Below are positions 21,455 through 31,485 of a stretch of 64,000 nucleotides of DNA, piece by piece. The notes under the pieces were generated by a model. That model ran no database searches, was not told the DNA's origin, and saw only the letters and a program-made list of their open reading frames with translations. This DNA is from Elusimicrobiota bacterium (lineage in GTDB: Bacteria; Elusimicrobiota; Elusimicrobia; F11). The stretch's first letter is position 1, and each line of letters begins with the position of its first letter. The position numbers were made by a program, and so were the translations under genes. Location: the NCBI GenBank assembly GCA_046153645.1, contig JBJXGI010000042.1, positions 32,001 through 96,000 on the forward strand, given 5' to 3'.

Positions 21455-22347
21455 ACTTTATCAGCAGATTTTTCGCCAAGAATTCCTGATGGGCGAAAAA
21501 TGAGAACTAAAATTAAAATGCCAAAAGAAAAAACATCTTTCCATTCAGATTCTGGCAAAAATGCGGCCCCCAATGATTCTGCCACTCCTAAAATAAGCCC
21601 ACCCAACATGGCACCTGGAACATTGCCGATTCCACCTAAAACAGCAGCGGTGAAAGCTTTCATGCCCGGCATAAAACCCATGTTGTATTTTATTGATCCG
21701 TAGTAAAGACTGTATAAAACTCCAGCAGCACCTCCCAATAAAGCCCCGATAAAAAATGTGATAGAAATCATTCGATTAACTGGGATTCCCATAAGTTCCG
21801 CTGCTGCTTTATCTTGAGAGCAGGCACGAATAGCTTGGCCATATTTTGATTTGTTGATAAATAACCAAAGACCTGTCATGAATATCAAACTGCTCAATAA
21901 AATAATCAATTGAATTTCGGAAATAGAAATATAGCCCAATGAAAAACGTGTCTTTGAAGATATAGAAGGAAAGGGAAGAAAATCATCTCTCCACAAAAAA
22001 ACCGCGTTTTGAAGAACAATAGAAACACCAATTGCAGAAATAAGCGGCGCCAAACGAGGAGCCTGTCTCAAAGGCGCGTAGGCCAATCTTTCAACCCCCA
22101 CAGATAAAACACCACTTATTATCATTGCAGAAAGAAAAGCTAAAAAGATAGAAACAGAGAAAGGTAAAAAAGGAGTGAGAGTAAAAATGAGCCATCCAGA
22201 AAAGGAACCCACCATAAAAATTTCGGAATGCGCAAAATTAACCATTCGCAAAATCCCATAAACCATGGTGTAACCTAAAGCAATCAACGCATAAATTGAT
22301 CCAAGGGTAAGGCCATTAAATAATTGTTCAAAAAAACTTTGAATGAT
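21451..22347 (-). CDS. livH: Branched-chain amino acid ABC transporter permease; start extended to a probable ATC codon
   Basis: NFAH and KAFTAAVLGGIG; conserved N-terminus EQLFNGLTLGSIYALIALGYTMV begins upstream of the TTG at 22287; AGGAG lies 8 nt before in-frame ATC at 22347. Confidence 0.88.
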   Translation of the reverse strand: MIQSFFEQLFNGLTLGSIYALIALGYTMVYGILRMVNFAHSEIFMVGSFSGWLIFTLTPFLPFSVSIFLAFLSAMIISGVLSVGVERLAYAPLRQAPRLAPLISAIGVSIVLQNAVFLWRDDFLPFPSISSKTRFSLGYISISEIQLIILLSSLIFMTGLWLFINKSKYGQAIRACSQDKAAAELMGIPVNRMISITFFIGALLGGAAGVLYSLYYGSIKYNMGFMPGMKAFTAAVLGGIGNVPGAMLGGLILGVAESLGAAFLPESEWKDVFSFGILILVLIFRPSGILGEKSADKV

Positions 22348-22349
22348 GC

Positions 22350-23507
22350 TTATTTCTCCTGTGCCCGCTCAATATGGTTAAAAGCACCATTTTTGACCTG
22401 AAAGAGTGTAATCGTTTTGTTTAGTGTATCTCCTTTTTCATCAAAAGAAGTTTCCCCAAGAACACCGTTGAATTTTATGGTTTTCAAATATTCAATTATT
22501 TTGACTCTATCCATTCCGGCATTTTTAATCGCTTCAATAAAAATCGATGCCACTTCATATCCATAATGATCATAAGATTTCATTTCTTCTCCAGGATATT
22601 TTGATTTATAACGTGCTACAAAATCCCTAGCTGAATCTAAAATTTCTGGCGGACTGCCCAAAAATGTCACATAAGCTCCTTCCGCTGCAGGACCTGCTAC
22701 TTTTAAGAATGCTGGATCATAATTGGCTTCGCACGTCACAAAGGCCCCTTTAAAACCGACGTCTCTGGCTTGGCGCACCAAAGCGCCACCCTCTGAAAAC
22801 ATGCCGCCAAAATAAATGGCCTGAGGACCCGTTGCCTTAACGCGAGTTAACAAGGACCTAAAATCTCTATCTCCAATTTGTAATCCTTCAAAATCAGTTA
22901 CTGTCCCATTTAATTCTTCGAAACGTTTTTTGAATTCTTCAGCGACACCTTGACCATAGGCTGTTTTGTCATGAATAATACCCACTTTTGATAATTTCAA
23001 ATCATTTATTACAAACTCAGCGCCCACACTGCCTTGAATATTATCGGTGGTATTAACTCGAAACACGCTTTTTGGAAATGTCCACTGAGGTGAGAGTTGC
23101 TGGAGCGTTAAATCAGGATTTGAAGAAGCCGGAGATATCATCACAAGTCCTGCTTGCGCATAGATTCTGGAGGCTGGAATAGAACAACCAGAATTAAAAT
23201 GACCAATAACACCTAACACATTTCTATCCGCGACAATTCGATTGGCTATATTAACTGCTTCTTTTGGGTCAGAACGATCATCAAAAACCACCAATTCAAT
23301 TGGTTCTGACAAATCTTTGGCTGAATTCGATTCCTCAATTCTCATTTCAATGGCTCGTTTAATTCCTTGCCCTAAAGAAGCGATATCTCCTGTTAAAGGA
23401 AGGGCAATAGCAATTTTTGTTTTTTTGAGTTCTTGTTTACATCCGGTGATTGCAATAAAAGTGAGAGTAAAGAGAATTAATATTTTTTTTGCTGAAATGA
23501 TCTTCAT
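22350..23507 (-). CDS. livK: Branched-chain amino acid ABC transporter substrate-binding lipoprotein
   Basis: Lipobox ITGC; VIGHFNSGCS and HDKTAYGQG; first gene of the liv cluster. Confidence 0.88.
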   Translation of the reverse strand: MKIISAKKILILFTLTFIAITGCKQELKKTKIAIALPLTGDIASLGQGIKRAIEMRIEESNSAKDLSEPIELVVFDDRSDPKEAVNIANRIVADRNVLGVIGHFNSGCSIPASRIYAQAGLVMISPASSNPDLTLQQLSPQWTFPKSVFRVNTTDNIQGSVGAEFVINDLKLSKVGIIHDKTAYGQGVAEEFKKRFEELNGTVTDFEGLQIGDRDFRSLLTRVKATGPQAIYFGGMFSEGGALVRQARDVGFKGAFVTCEANYDPAFLKVAGPAAEGAYVTFLGSPPEILDSARDFVARYKSKYPGEEMKSYDHYGYEVASIFIEAIKNAGMDRVKIIEYLKTIKFNGVLGETSFDEKGDTLNKTITLFQVKNGAFNHIERAQEK

Positions 23508-23881
23508 CCGGCCAACTCCTTTTCTTCAGGTTTTTTCCAAATAGATGTTGCGTGACCCAAAATTTTTAACTGAGCCAAGCTGATATAAATAAATAAGACA
23601 TACATGATAATAGATCGGTAAAAGGGTGTGCTATCAAAACCAGGCTGCAGTCTCCATCGGATAGTAAAAGCGCTCAAAACAACCAAAAATCCAAAAAAGC
23701 CGCCCGAAAAAATAGACCAAGAAACAAATCGGGAAAACCAGACCGAATTAACAATAATAAGAATCAAAATACACAGAGGAAAAACCCATGAAAAAAAATG
23801 ATTTTGTAAATTTTTTTGATAGTTATACATGAACAAAACCGTTGAAGCTAATTGTGAAACGATAAGAATTATTCTGCCCAT
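23504..23881 (-). CDS. Hypothetical membrane protein (about 4 TM)
   Basis: AGGA RBS; fills the thrC-livK gap with ATGA overlap; hydrophobic segments. Confidence 0.7.
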   Translation of the reverse strand: MGRIILIVSQLASTVLFMYNYQKNLQNHFFSWVFPLCILILIIVNSVWFSRFVSWSIFSGGFFGFLVVLSAFTIRWRLQPGFDSTPFYRSIIMYVLFIYISLAQLKILGHATSIWKKPEEKELAG

Positions 23882-23890
23882 GCCTATCCT

Positions 23891-24955
23891 TTAAAACTTA
23901 AGATGCTCTGCGATTGATTTCATATTGGCCTTGACCGATGTCGGGTGTTGAGTGACTGCCAATGCTCGGTCAGGATCTTTTAAGCCATGACCCGTAATAA
24001 TGGCCACGACAGTTGTATTCTCACTGAGATTTACTTTTCCAAGCTTAATATATTTTTTTAAACCCGCAATTCCCGCAGCGCTGGCCGGCTCACAAAAAAT
24101 CCCTTCCAGAGACGACATCATTTTATAGGCTTCTAAAATTTCATCATCAGAAACAAAATCAATTGCACCACCAGACTCATCACGTGCCTGCTCTGCTCTT
24201 TTCCACGATGCGGGATTTCCAATTTTAATAGCGGTCGCAATTGTGTGAGGATCTCTAATTGGAGATCCATGAACAATTGGAGCCGCTCCTTCTGCTTGAA
24301 AACCCATCATTTTTGGTTTTGATGAAGATTTTTTGAGATCAAAAAATTCAACGTACCCTTTCCAATAGGCGGTGATGTTTCCTGCATTGCCGACTGGCAT
24401 AAATTGATATTCAGGGGCACTCCCCAATTCTTCAATAATTTCAAATGCTCCTGTTTTTTGACCTTCGATCCTATATTCGTTTAAAGAGTTAACCATTGTG
24501 ATCGGATATTTTTCGGAAATTTCTTTTACAAGTTCCAGCGCTTCATCAAAGTTACCATCAATAGCCAATACTTGGGCTCCGTACATAAGTGCTTGAGAAA
24601 GCTTCCCCAATGCAATATTTCCATCCGGTATCAATACAACACATTTAAGTCCTGCGCGAGCCGCATAAGCAGCCGCAGCGGCAGAGGTATTGCCGGTTGA
24701 GGCAGATATGATTGATTTTGATCCCGCCTCTACAGCCTTAGAAACCGCCATGGTCATTCCCCGATCTTTAAAAGATCCAGTTGGATTCATTCCCTCAAGT
24801 TTAAGATAGAGTTTTATTTGAGGTACGCCTAAGGCAGCTGCAAGGCGATGCACTCTTACTAACGGCGTACTTCCTTCATGCAAAAAAATAGGACATGTTT
24901 TTTCGGTAACAGGGAGAAAAGCTCTATAACGGTCAATGACACCTTTAAACGGCAT
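23891..24955 (-). CDS. thrC: Threonine synthase
   Basis: NPTGSFKDRGM PLP lysine, ASTGNT, PVGNAGN and TGHGLKDP. Confidence 0.95.
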   Translation of the reverse strand: MPFKGVIDRYRAFLPVTEKTCPIFLHEGSTPLVRVHRLAAALGVPQIKLYLKLEGMNPTGSFKDRGMTMAVSKAVEAGSKSIISASTGNTSAAAAAYAARAGLKCVVLIPDGNIALGKLSQALMYGAQVLAIDGNFDEALELVKEISEKYPITMVNSLNEYRIEGQKTGAFEIIEELGSAPEYQFMPVGNAGNITAYWKGYVEFFDLKKSSSKPKMMGFQAEGAAPIVHGSPIRDPHTIATAIKIGNPASWKRAEQARDESGGAIDFVSDDEILEAYKMMSSLEGIFCEPASAAGIAGLKKYIKLGKVNLSENTTVVAIITGHGLKDPDRALAVTQHPTSVKANMKSIAEHLKF

Positions 24956-26256
24956 TAAATTGTCCTCAAAATAACGGTATCAGATTTGGTTGTGTTTAAA
25001 TCGTTAATGGCTTTAACAGCTTCTTGAACATTTTTTTCTCTGCTTTGGTGTGTTAATAAAACAATGGGAATGGGTTTTTTTAAATTTTGTCCTTCATTGG
25101 TATCTTGATATACAGAGGCAATCGATACTTCATTTTTTCCAAGGATACTGGTGATTTTAGCCAGCACACCTGGACGATCTGCCGTCATAATCCTCAAATA
25201 GAATTTAGACTCAATTTCATTCATTTGGCCTAACTTTACTTGATAATCTTTAAATTGGCTCACATAAGGCAACCAACCTGCCGTGCCATTAACAATTTGG
25301 CGACAAAGAAAAATAATATCTGAGACAACCGCGCTTGAAGTAGGAAACCGACCTGCGCCTTTTCCAGAAAGCATAACATCACCAACGGCATTGCCATAGA
25401 GCGCCACCGCATTATATTCATTGCGAACATTGGCGAAGGGATGCGTTTTTGGAACAACCGTGGGATGAACTCGCAGGACCCAACCATGAGGCGTATTTTC
25501 AGCAATAGCCAACAGTTTAATGGTGCTATTGAGTCTTGTTTGAATCAAATGAATATCAATAAGCTCAAGATGCGTAATCCCTTCGCAGTGTACTTTTGCA
25601 GGTGGAATCCAATCGCCTGCTGCCAACGAGCCTAAAATGGAAATTTTTTGTGCCGCATCAATTCCTTCCACATCAAACGAAGGATCGGCTTCGGCAAAAC
25701 CCGCTTTTTGAGCCTCCACCAAAGCTTTCTTAAAACTCAGTCCCAATTCTTGCATCTTAGTTAAAATAAAATTAGTTGTTCCATTTAAGATACCAATGAT
25801 TTTATCCACTTCATTTGCTGCCAAGCCTTCATTAAGTGCCTGAACAACAGGAATCCCTCCGCCTACTGCTGCTTCGAAATAAACCAACTTACGATATTCA
25901 CGAGCAAGCCCAAAAATTTCATTCCAATACTTCGACAAAATCGCTTTGTTTGCGGTGACAACATGTTTTCCATTTTTCAAACTCTCAACAACTAAAGATT
26001 TTGCCGGTTCAATTCCACCAAACAATTCAATCACACAATCCACCTCTGGATCATTAACGATGTCTCGCCAGTTATTGGTTTGTTCAATATGTTTTGGAAT
26101 TAAAGGAGATCTTTTTCTCGAACGACTGCACACCCATTTAACAGAAATAGGGGCCCCCACTCTTTGTTCAATATCGTCCTTATGATCATTCAAAAGCTGC
26201 ATGGTACCTACGCCAACCGTACCAAAACCTGCGATAGCGATTTTTACTTCTTTCAT
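24955..26256 (-). CDS. hom: Homoserine dehydrogenase with C-terminal ACT domain
   Basis: GFGTVG, VVTANKA, EAAVGGGIP, NGTTNFIL and DRPGVLAKI. Confidence 0.95.
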   Translation of the reverse strand: MKEVKIAIAGFGTVGVGTMQLLNDHKDDIEQRVGAPISVKWVCSRSRKRSPLIPKHIEQTNNWRDIVNDPEVDCVIELFGGIEPAKSLVVESLKNGKHVVTANKAILSKYWNEIFGLAREYRKLVYFEAAVGGGIPVVQALNEGLAANEVDKIIGILNGTTNFILTKMQELGLSFKKALVEAQKAGFAEADPSFDVEGIDAAQKISILGSLAAGDWIPPAKVHCEGITHLELIDIHLIQTRLNSTIKLLAIAENTPHGWVLRVHPTVVPKTHPFANVRNEYNAVALYGNAVGDVMLSGKGAGRFPTSSAVVSDIIFLCRQIVNGTAGWLPYVSQFKDYQVKLGQMNEIESKFYLRIMTADRPGVLAKITSILGKNEVSIASVYQDTNEGQNLKKPIPIVLLTHQSREKNVQEAVKAINDLNTTKSDTVILRTI

Positions 26257-27494
26257 TTTTTCCCTTCCGCTTGTTGTTTAAAAAAAGTTTTCGGCTCTTT
26301 AATATTTACACCGGAAATTTTTTGGAATTTCTTAAGTCGAATAAGCGCGTCATAAAAACGATTATCATGTGTAACCAAAGCAAAACGTGCCCAACCTTCC
26401 CCTTCTTTACCAAAACCAATACCAGGAGAAATGGCAATACCCGTTTCTCTTATTAACTCTTCGCAAAATTTTAATGAGCCCATTTTTTTGTATTGCCCAG
26501 GAATTTTCGCCCATAAATACATGGTCGCTTTTGGTTTTTGTAAATGCCAGCCTAAGCTTTTCAATCCTTCATACAAATAATCTCTTCTTCGCTGATAAGT
26601 GGCTACCAATTCTGTTACTGAATTGGGCCACATCTCTAAAGCTTTCACACCCGCCAACTGAATAAATGTCGGAGAACCATAATCAATGTAGGATTTAAAT
26701 TTGGTTAAAGGCCCTAATAGTTTTTCTGGACCACAAGCCCATCCCAAACGCCAACCAGCCATGTTGTAAGTTTTGGAAAACGAATGAAATTCAAGGCCCA
26801 CATCACGTGCACCTGGCACTTCAAAAAAACTAAAAGGATTATGGCCATCAAATGCAATTTCGGAATAAGCATTGTCATAACAAAGTAAAATTCCATATTT
26901 TTTACAAAAACGAATTGCTTCCTTAACATAGGATTTATCATCTAGCGTGGCGGCTGTTGGATTATTGGGGTAATTCAAAAACATGATTCGAGATTTACGC
27001 GCAATTTTCTCGGGAATTTTTTCTAGTTCAGGAAGATAATTATTTTTTTCATTGATTGGCATCAGATACGGTTTGGCTTCCGCCAAAACAACTCCATAAA
27101 AATGAACGGGATAACAAGGACTTGGAACCAAGGCATAATCACCCGGCTTTAAATACGAAGCACATAAGTGCGCAATACCTTCTTTTGAACCAATCAATGA
27201 ACACACTTCATTTTCAGAATCTAAATTAACATCAAAACGTTTTTTCATCCAATTCGTAACAGCCTTTCTGAATTTTGGCATTCCTTTGGCTTGAGGATAA
27301 CGCAATGTTTTTGGATGATTTCGAACCGTGTCCGCCACTCGATCAACAATTACTGAAGGTGTTGGGATATCAGGATTTCCCATAGATAAATCAATTACAT
27401 CTAATTTATTTTTGGATGCTTCCAGCGCCAAAGTTTTAATTCGTCCAAAAATATAGGGGGGCAAATTCGCCAATTTCTGTGGTGGTTTAATCAT
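26253..27494 (-). CDS. Class I/II PLP aminotransferase (AlaC / LL-DAP aminotransferase-like)
   Basis: GSKEG, NYPNNPT, DNAY and SFSKTYNMAGWRLG. Confidence 0.88.
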   Translation of the reverse strand: MIKPPQKLANLPPYIFGRIKTLALEASKNKLDVIDLSMGNPDIPTPSVIVDRVADTVRNHPKTLRYPQAKGMPKFRKAVTNWMKKRFDVNLDSENEVCSLIGSKEGIAHLCASYLKPGDYALVPSPCYPVHFYGVVLAEAKPYLMPINEKNNYLPELEKIPEKIARKSRIMFLNYPNNPTAATLDDKSYVKEAIRFCKKYGILLCYDNAYSEIAFDGHNPFSFFEVPGARDVGLEFHSFSKTYNMAGWRLGWACGPEKLLGPLTKFKSYIDYGSPTFIQLAGVKALEMWPNSVTELVATYQRRRDYLYEGLKSLGWHLQKPKATMYLWAKIPGQYKKMGSLKFCEELIRETGIAISPGIGFGKEGEGWARFALVTHDNRFYDALIRLKKFQKISGVNIKEPKTFFKQQAEGKK

Positions 27495-27550
27495 AGGATG
27501 GGGATTTTATTAAAACAGAAGGCATTTGGGTGAGCGAATGACGAAAAGGC

Positions 27551-27597
27551 AAAAAAAAGCACCTTCAAAGAAAACTTTTAAATTTCTTTGAAGGCAC
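27551..27597 (-). terminator. Rho-independent terminator after the HU gene
   Basis: Minus strand GTGCCTTCAAAGAAA-loop-TTTCTTTGAAGGTGC followed by T8. Confidence 0.8.
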
Positions 27598-27622
27598 CGC
27601 TAAAAGATCAGAATCGTTCTTT

Positions 27623-27907
27623 TTAGAAGCTTGGTGTTTTTACAAGTTTTTTCAAAGCAAGACTGGGCTTAAAAGAAATCTTTCGCCCAATAGGAATTTG
27701 AATTGTTTCCCCTGTTTTTGGGTTTCTACCAGGTCGTGCTTTTCGTGACTTCACTTTAAACGTGCCAAGGCCAGAAAGGGATATTTTCCCTCCCTCTGAT
27801 ATGCTGGCTCTAATTGAACCAACCACGGCCTTCACAGCTCTTATTGCCTCAGATCGTTTAAGGCGGGCTTCTTTTGTAACTCGATCAATTAAATCGTTTT
27901 TCTTCAC
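27623..27907 (-). CDS. hup: HU/IHF family DNA-binding protein
   Basis: GLGTF..KSRKARPGRNPKTGE..I...FKPS; GGAGGAG RBS before GTG. Confidence 0.9.
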   Translation of the reverse strand: MKKNDLIDRVTKEARLKRSEAIRAVKAVVGSIRASISEGGKISLSGLGTFKVKSRKARPGRNPKTGETIQIPIGRKISFKPSLALKKLVKTPSF

Positions 27908-28088
27908 AACTCTCCTCCTCGACGGATTAAATATTTGCGCCCAGGTAACATTGACTTCCTTCTTTGTACGTCGAGTTCTTCAAGCTTTCAAGTCTTTTTT
28001 TAAAAATAAGTTGAAATCTTAAAGAGTTTTTCTAAGAGGGTTAAGAAGGGCAATGAAAAAACGAAGGAACTAATTGATAATGACGTAT

Positions 28089-29348
28089 TTACGGAAATCC
28101 TTTGTAGTGGAAATATGATTTTACAGAAACACCACAGGAAGAATAAATTTTTTGAGAAATATTTTTATTAAATCGAGACGCTGCATGACCCGCTTCTAAC
28201 TGTAGTTTTAATTTTTTACTTTGATTAAATGCTTTTTTGAAATAGTGTATAGACGAAAAATTTTTATTTAAATTAAGCTCTCCAAAACCCAGTAAACAAT
28301 ATACCAATCCTCTTTTATCCGAACACTTTTTAAATAAAACCTCACTTTTCTTCAAATCTTTACGAGCTTGGAGAAAAAATTTTCTCGAAATATTTAGCTG
28401 TGCTCGACTCCAAAGTACAAATGCCAAAGGACCTGTTTGATTTAAAAACGAATATTTTTTAATGGCCCGATTCATGCAGGAAACAGCCCTATTTAAGTTT
28501 CCCATCATTCGAAAAGCATTACCCTGTCCGCAAGAAGAGTAAGCCAAGCCAAACTCGTCATGCTGGGATTGGAAATACCGATAAGCCTGAGAGTATAAAG
28601 CCAAAGATTCTTGTGGGAAACCTTTCATTCGAAAAGTTCCTCCCAGTCCACAGCGTGCGTAAGCCAAACCATTATCGTCTTTTATTTTTTTGTAGAAAAT
28701 AAGACTCTTCTTAAGAAAATATTCCGCAAATGCAATTTGCCCACTAAATCGAAAGGTTGTGCCTATGGCCCATAGGGTATAGGCTTGACCTTCAAAATCT
28801 TTGTTTTTTTCATAATATTTTAGGCAAATCTTAAAAAGTTTCTGAGCATCATCCCACTTCCCCAATCCCCTTAAACACATTCCCTCACCTAAATAAGCAT
28901 CAACACAATACCTCTTAAAAATAGGAGTTTTTAGACGAGCATTTAAAGAAATTACTCTCCGATAATACTTAATCGCCAAAAAAAACTTTTCTATCTGACG
29001 ATGATTATCTCCCAATTTAAGAAGAACTTGCGCATAATTCTGTTCATCTTTAAATTTTTTAATAAGAGAAAGTGCTTTTTTCCCATATTTAATAGCTTTA
29101 AAAAAATCTCCCTGAATCTGAGATAATTCTAATTTGAGTAAAAGATAATCAATTTGATTTGGGCGAGGTAAAGATGAGAAATGAATTTTAGAGAGAAAAA
29201 AAGAACACCCCCGAAGATTCCCATCTTCGAGGGTGTTTTTTGCATCATTAAATAATTTGAATATTTTTTCTTTTAACAGAGTTCGATTAACGTTTGGAAT
29301 GTTGGAAACGTCTTCGAGCTTTTGGTTGACCAGGTTTTTTACGTTCAA
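28089..29348 (-). CDS. Tetratricopeptide repeat protein (MalT-like long TPRs); start uncertain
   Basis: Repeated D..G.AY....LG...R..G units about 40 aa apart. Confidence 0.75.
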   Translation of the reverse strand: MNVKNLVNQKLEDVSNIPNVNRTLLKEKIFKLFNDAKNTLEDGNLRGCSFFLSKIHFSSLPRPNQIDYLLLKLELSQIQGDFFKAIKYGKKALSLIKKFKDEQNYAQVLLKLGDNHRQIEKFFLAIKYYRRVISLNARLKTPIFKRYCVDAYLGEGMCLRGLGKWDDAQKLFKICLKYYEKNKDFEGQAYTLWAIGTTFRFSGQIAFAEYFLKKSLIFYKKIKDDNGLAYARCGLGGTFRMKGFPQESLALYSQAYRYFQSQHDEFGLAYSSCGQGNAFRMMGNLNRAVSCMNRAIKKYSFLNQTGPLAFVLWSRAQLNISRKFFLQARKDLKKSEVLFKKCSDKRGLVYCLLGFGELNLNKNFSSIHYFKKAFNQSKKLKLQLEAGHAASRFNKNISQKIYSSCGVSVKSYFHYKGFP

Positions 29349-29694
29349 CCATACGAGGATCTCTGGTTAAGAGTCCTTCTTTTCTAAGGAGACCGCGAAG
29401 CCCAGGATCAATTTCAACCATTGCGCGAGCAATCCCTAATTTAACAGCACCTGATTGACCAGTAACACCGCCACCGGAAACGGTAATAAAAATATCATAA
29501 CCACCGAAAGAACGAGAATGTTGTAAAGGTTCAGTGGCTGCCGTGCGCGCTGTCACATGACCACCAAAATAATCATTAATGGGTTTATCATTAACAGTTA
29601 AGCGACCAGTACCAGGAATAACTCTGACACGAGCAATACTTTCTTTTCTTCGTCCTGTTGTCCAAATTGGGAATTCAATTGTTGAAGATGACAT
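29287..29694 (-). CDS. rpsI: 30S ribosomal protein S9
   Basis: TGRRKES, GGG..GQ..A and LTRDPRMVERKK...SKR. Confidence 0.97.
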   Translation of the reverse strand: MSSSTIEFPIWTTGRRKESIARVRVIPGTGRLTVNDKPINDYFGGHVTARTAATEPLQHSRSFGGYDIFITVSGGGVTGQSGAVKLGIARAMVEIDPGLRGLLRKEGLLTRDPRMVERKKPGQPKARRRFQHSKR

Positions 29695-29713
29695 AATATA
29701 TTTATCCTTTTAA

Positions 29714-30166
29714 TTAATTCTGTGCCGCAGCAACAGGTGCTTTGGGTTGAGCAAATTGGGCACCATGAGGATGAGTTCCCCCACGATATACCTTAAGGCG
29801 AGCAATTTGATCTTTCCGGAGTCGGGTTTTTGCAAGCATACCAGAAACCGCTAAAGTTATAGCTCGTTCTGGCTTTTTCTCAAGCAACTCTTTATAAGGA
29901 GTCATTGTATCTCCGCCAGGATAACCAGAATGACGGAAATCAATCTTTTGAACGGGTTTATTGTTTCCTGTAATCCGAATCCCTTGCGCATTAATGATGA
30001 CGACATGGTCGCCACAATCAACATGGGGGGTGTATAAACTCTTGCTTTTCCCTGAAAGTTTATTGGCTACCACCGTAGCCAGTCTTCCTAGGACTTGATT
30101 TGAAGCATCAATAAGATGCCATTTTCTAATAACTGCCTTACTATTTGCTTGATATGTAGTTCTCAT
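29714..30166 (-). CDS. rplM: 50S ribosomal protein L13
   Basis: LGRLAT, YTPHVDCGD and HSGYPGG. Confidence 0.97.
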   Translation of the reverse strand: MRTTYQANSKAVIRKWHLIDASNQVLGRLATVVANKLSGKSKSLYTPHVDCGDHVVIINAQGIRITGNNKPVQKIDFRHSGYPGGDTMTPYKELLEKKPERAITLAVSGMLAKTRLRKDQIARLKVYRGGTHPHGAQFAQPKAPVAAAQN

Positions 30167-30208
30167 AAGTCGCTCCGTATACTAATTAAATTGTGGTCAG
30201 TCAAGAAA

Positions 30209-31393
30209 TTATTTTTTCGTAACATCTAAAATAATTTTGATGTCAGCTTTCTTTTTTAACTCATCCACATATTTTTCATAATTTTTCTTCATCTCATCTT
30301 GAAAAAGATAAGCAGCCAAATCTAGTTTAATATCATCATGTTTAAGCTTTTGAGCCGCTCTCTTCTCTTCTACTTTCATAATGTGATAACCAAATTCTGT
30401 TTCGATAGGATCAGATATACTGCCAACTGGAAGAATAAAGGCAACTTTGTCGAATTCTGGAACCATTTGCCCTTTAGAAAAATATCCTAAATCTCCTCCT
30501 GTTTTTGCACTTGGCCCATCTGACTTTTGCTTAGCCAATTCAATGAAATCAGCACCTTTTTCGAGTTCCTTCTTAATAGCTTTGGCTTTGTTAAGCGCTT
30601 CTGACCTTTTTTTGACATCATCTTTTCTAGAGGACTTGACTAAAATATGCCTAGCGCGCACCGATTCACTTAAGCGCGATTTCAACAGTTCAGTCATTTG
30701 ATCAATTTCATTTTCAGGGTTTGGCTTAAAATCAGGTTGATTAAATTTTTTCTCAATCTGAGAATAGAGCGATTTGACTTTATTTTCATAATCTACAGAT
30801 AATTCTCTCGCTTCCGGATCTCCCGCATTGGCAGGCTGACCATCTTTAAATGGAGAAGCAACACGCCCCTTAACAGCATCTTCAGTTAAACGGAGAACTT
30901 TTAATTGGTCTTCAATTTTCTGGAAAAATTCTTTTTCGGAAATGTTTTGATCGGTTAACTCTTTAATAAAATCTTTATATTCCGAAGAAGTTAAATCTCT
31001 TTCATAATCCTCTTTAGTGGGTTTCACGCCAGGTTTAAGAATTTTAAAACGATTTTTAATTTGAAGAATACCCTCTTCTAACTGCCGCTTGGGAACCAAA
31101 ATATTCTTCTTTTTTGCTTCCTGAAGCAAAACTTTCTCTTCGACCATTTGATTAAGCAGCATTTCTTTAGTATTTTTTTCCCAATCAGGACTTAATTTTT
31201 GATCTGGCGCTTGTTTTTGCTGCTCTTGAAGAGCCAACCAGTTGCTCTCAAATTCATTCAAGAATATAGCTTCTCCATTAATGGTTGCGATACTCTTACC
31301 CACAACTTCGGCAGAAATAAAATTCCCATTGGGTGATAGAAAAAAAAGCCCAAAGATTAAAAAAACCATCTTATTTTTATTAAAAAAATTCAT
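30209..31393 (-). CDS. Parvulin-type peptidyl-prolyl isomerase (SurA/PrsA-like)
   Basis: SurA-like N-terminus (ATINGEAI); ARHILV, GGDLGYF, MVPEF and ETEFGYHI. Confidence 0.88.
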   Translation of the reverse strand: MNFFNKNKMVFLIFGLFFLSPNGNFISAEVVGKSIATINGEAIFLNEFESNWLALQEQQKQAPDQKLSPDWEKNTKEMLLNQMVEEKVLLQEAKKKNILVPKRQLEEGILQIKNRFKILKPGVKPTKEDYERDLTSSEYKDFIKELTDQNISEKEFFQKIEDQLKVLRLTEDAVKGRVASPFKDGQPANAGDPEARELSVDYENKVKSLYSQIEKKFNQPDFKPNPENEIDQMTELLKSRLSESVRARHILVKSSRKDDVKKRSEALNKAKAIKKELEKGADFIELAKQKSDGPSAKTGGDLGYFSKGQMVPEFDKVAFILPVGSISDPIETEFGYHIMKVEEKRAAQKLKHDDIKLDLAAYLFQDEMKKNYEKYVDELKKKADIKIILDVTKK

Positions 31394-31469
31394 ATTTACC
31401 TTCTTTAAGCATATTGATAAATCGAAAACATATGATTTATAATTGTTTTAGAAACCACTAAAAAGAACA

Positions 31470-31485
31470 TGTTCCACGTGGAACA
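31470..31485. promoter_or_regulatory. parS centromere-like site (ParB binding)
   Basis: Perfect palindrome TGTTCCACGTGGAACA matching the bacterial parS consensus TGTTNCACGTGAAACA at all but one position; intergenic, abutting the asd stop. Confidence 0.9.

Noticed and set aside
23891..27494. hom-thrC operon lacking thrB
   Set aside because: Aminotransferase-hom-thrC without thrB is a common arrangement; the kinase is often elsewhere or non-orthologous
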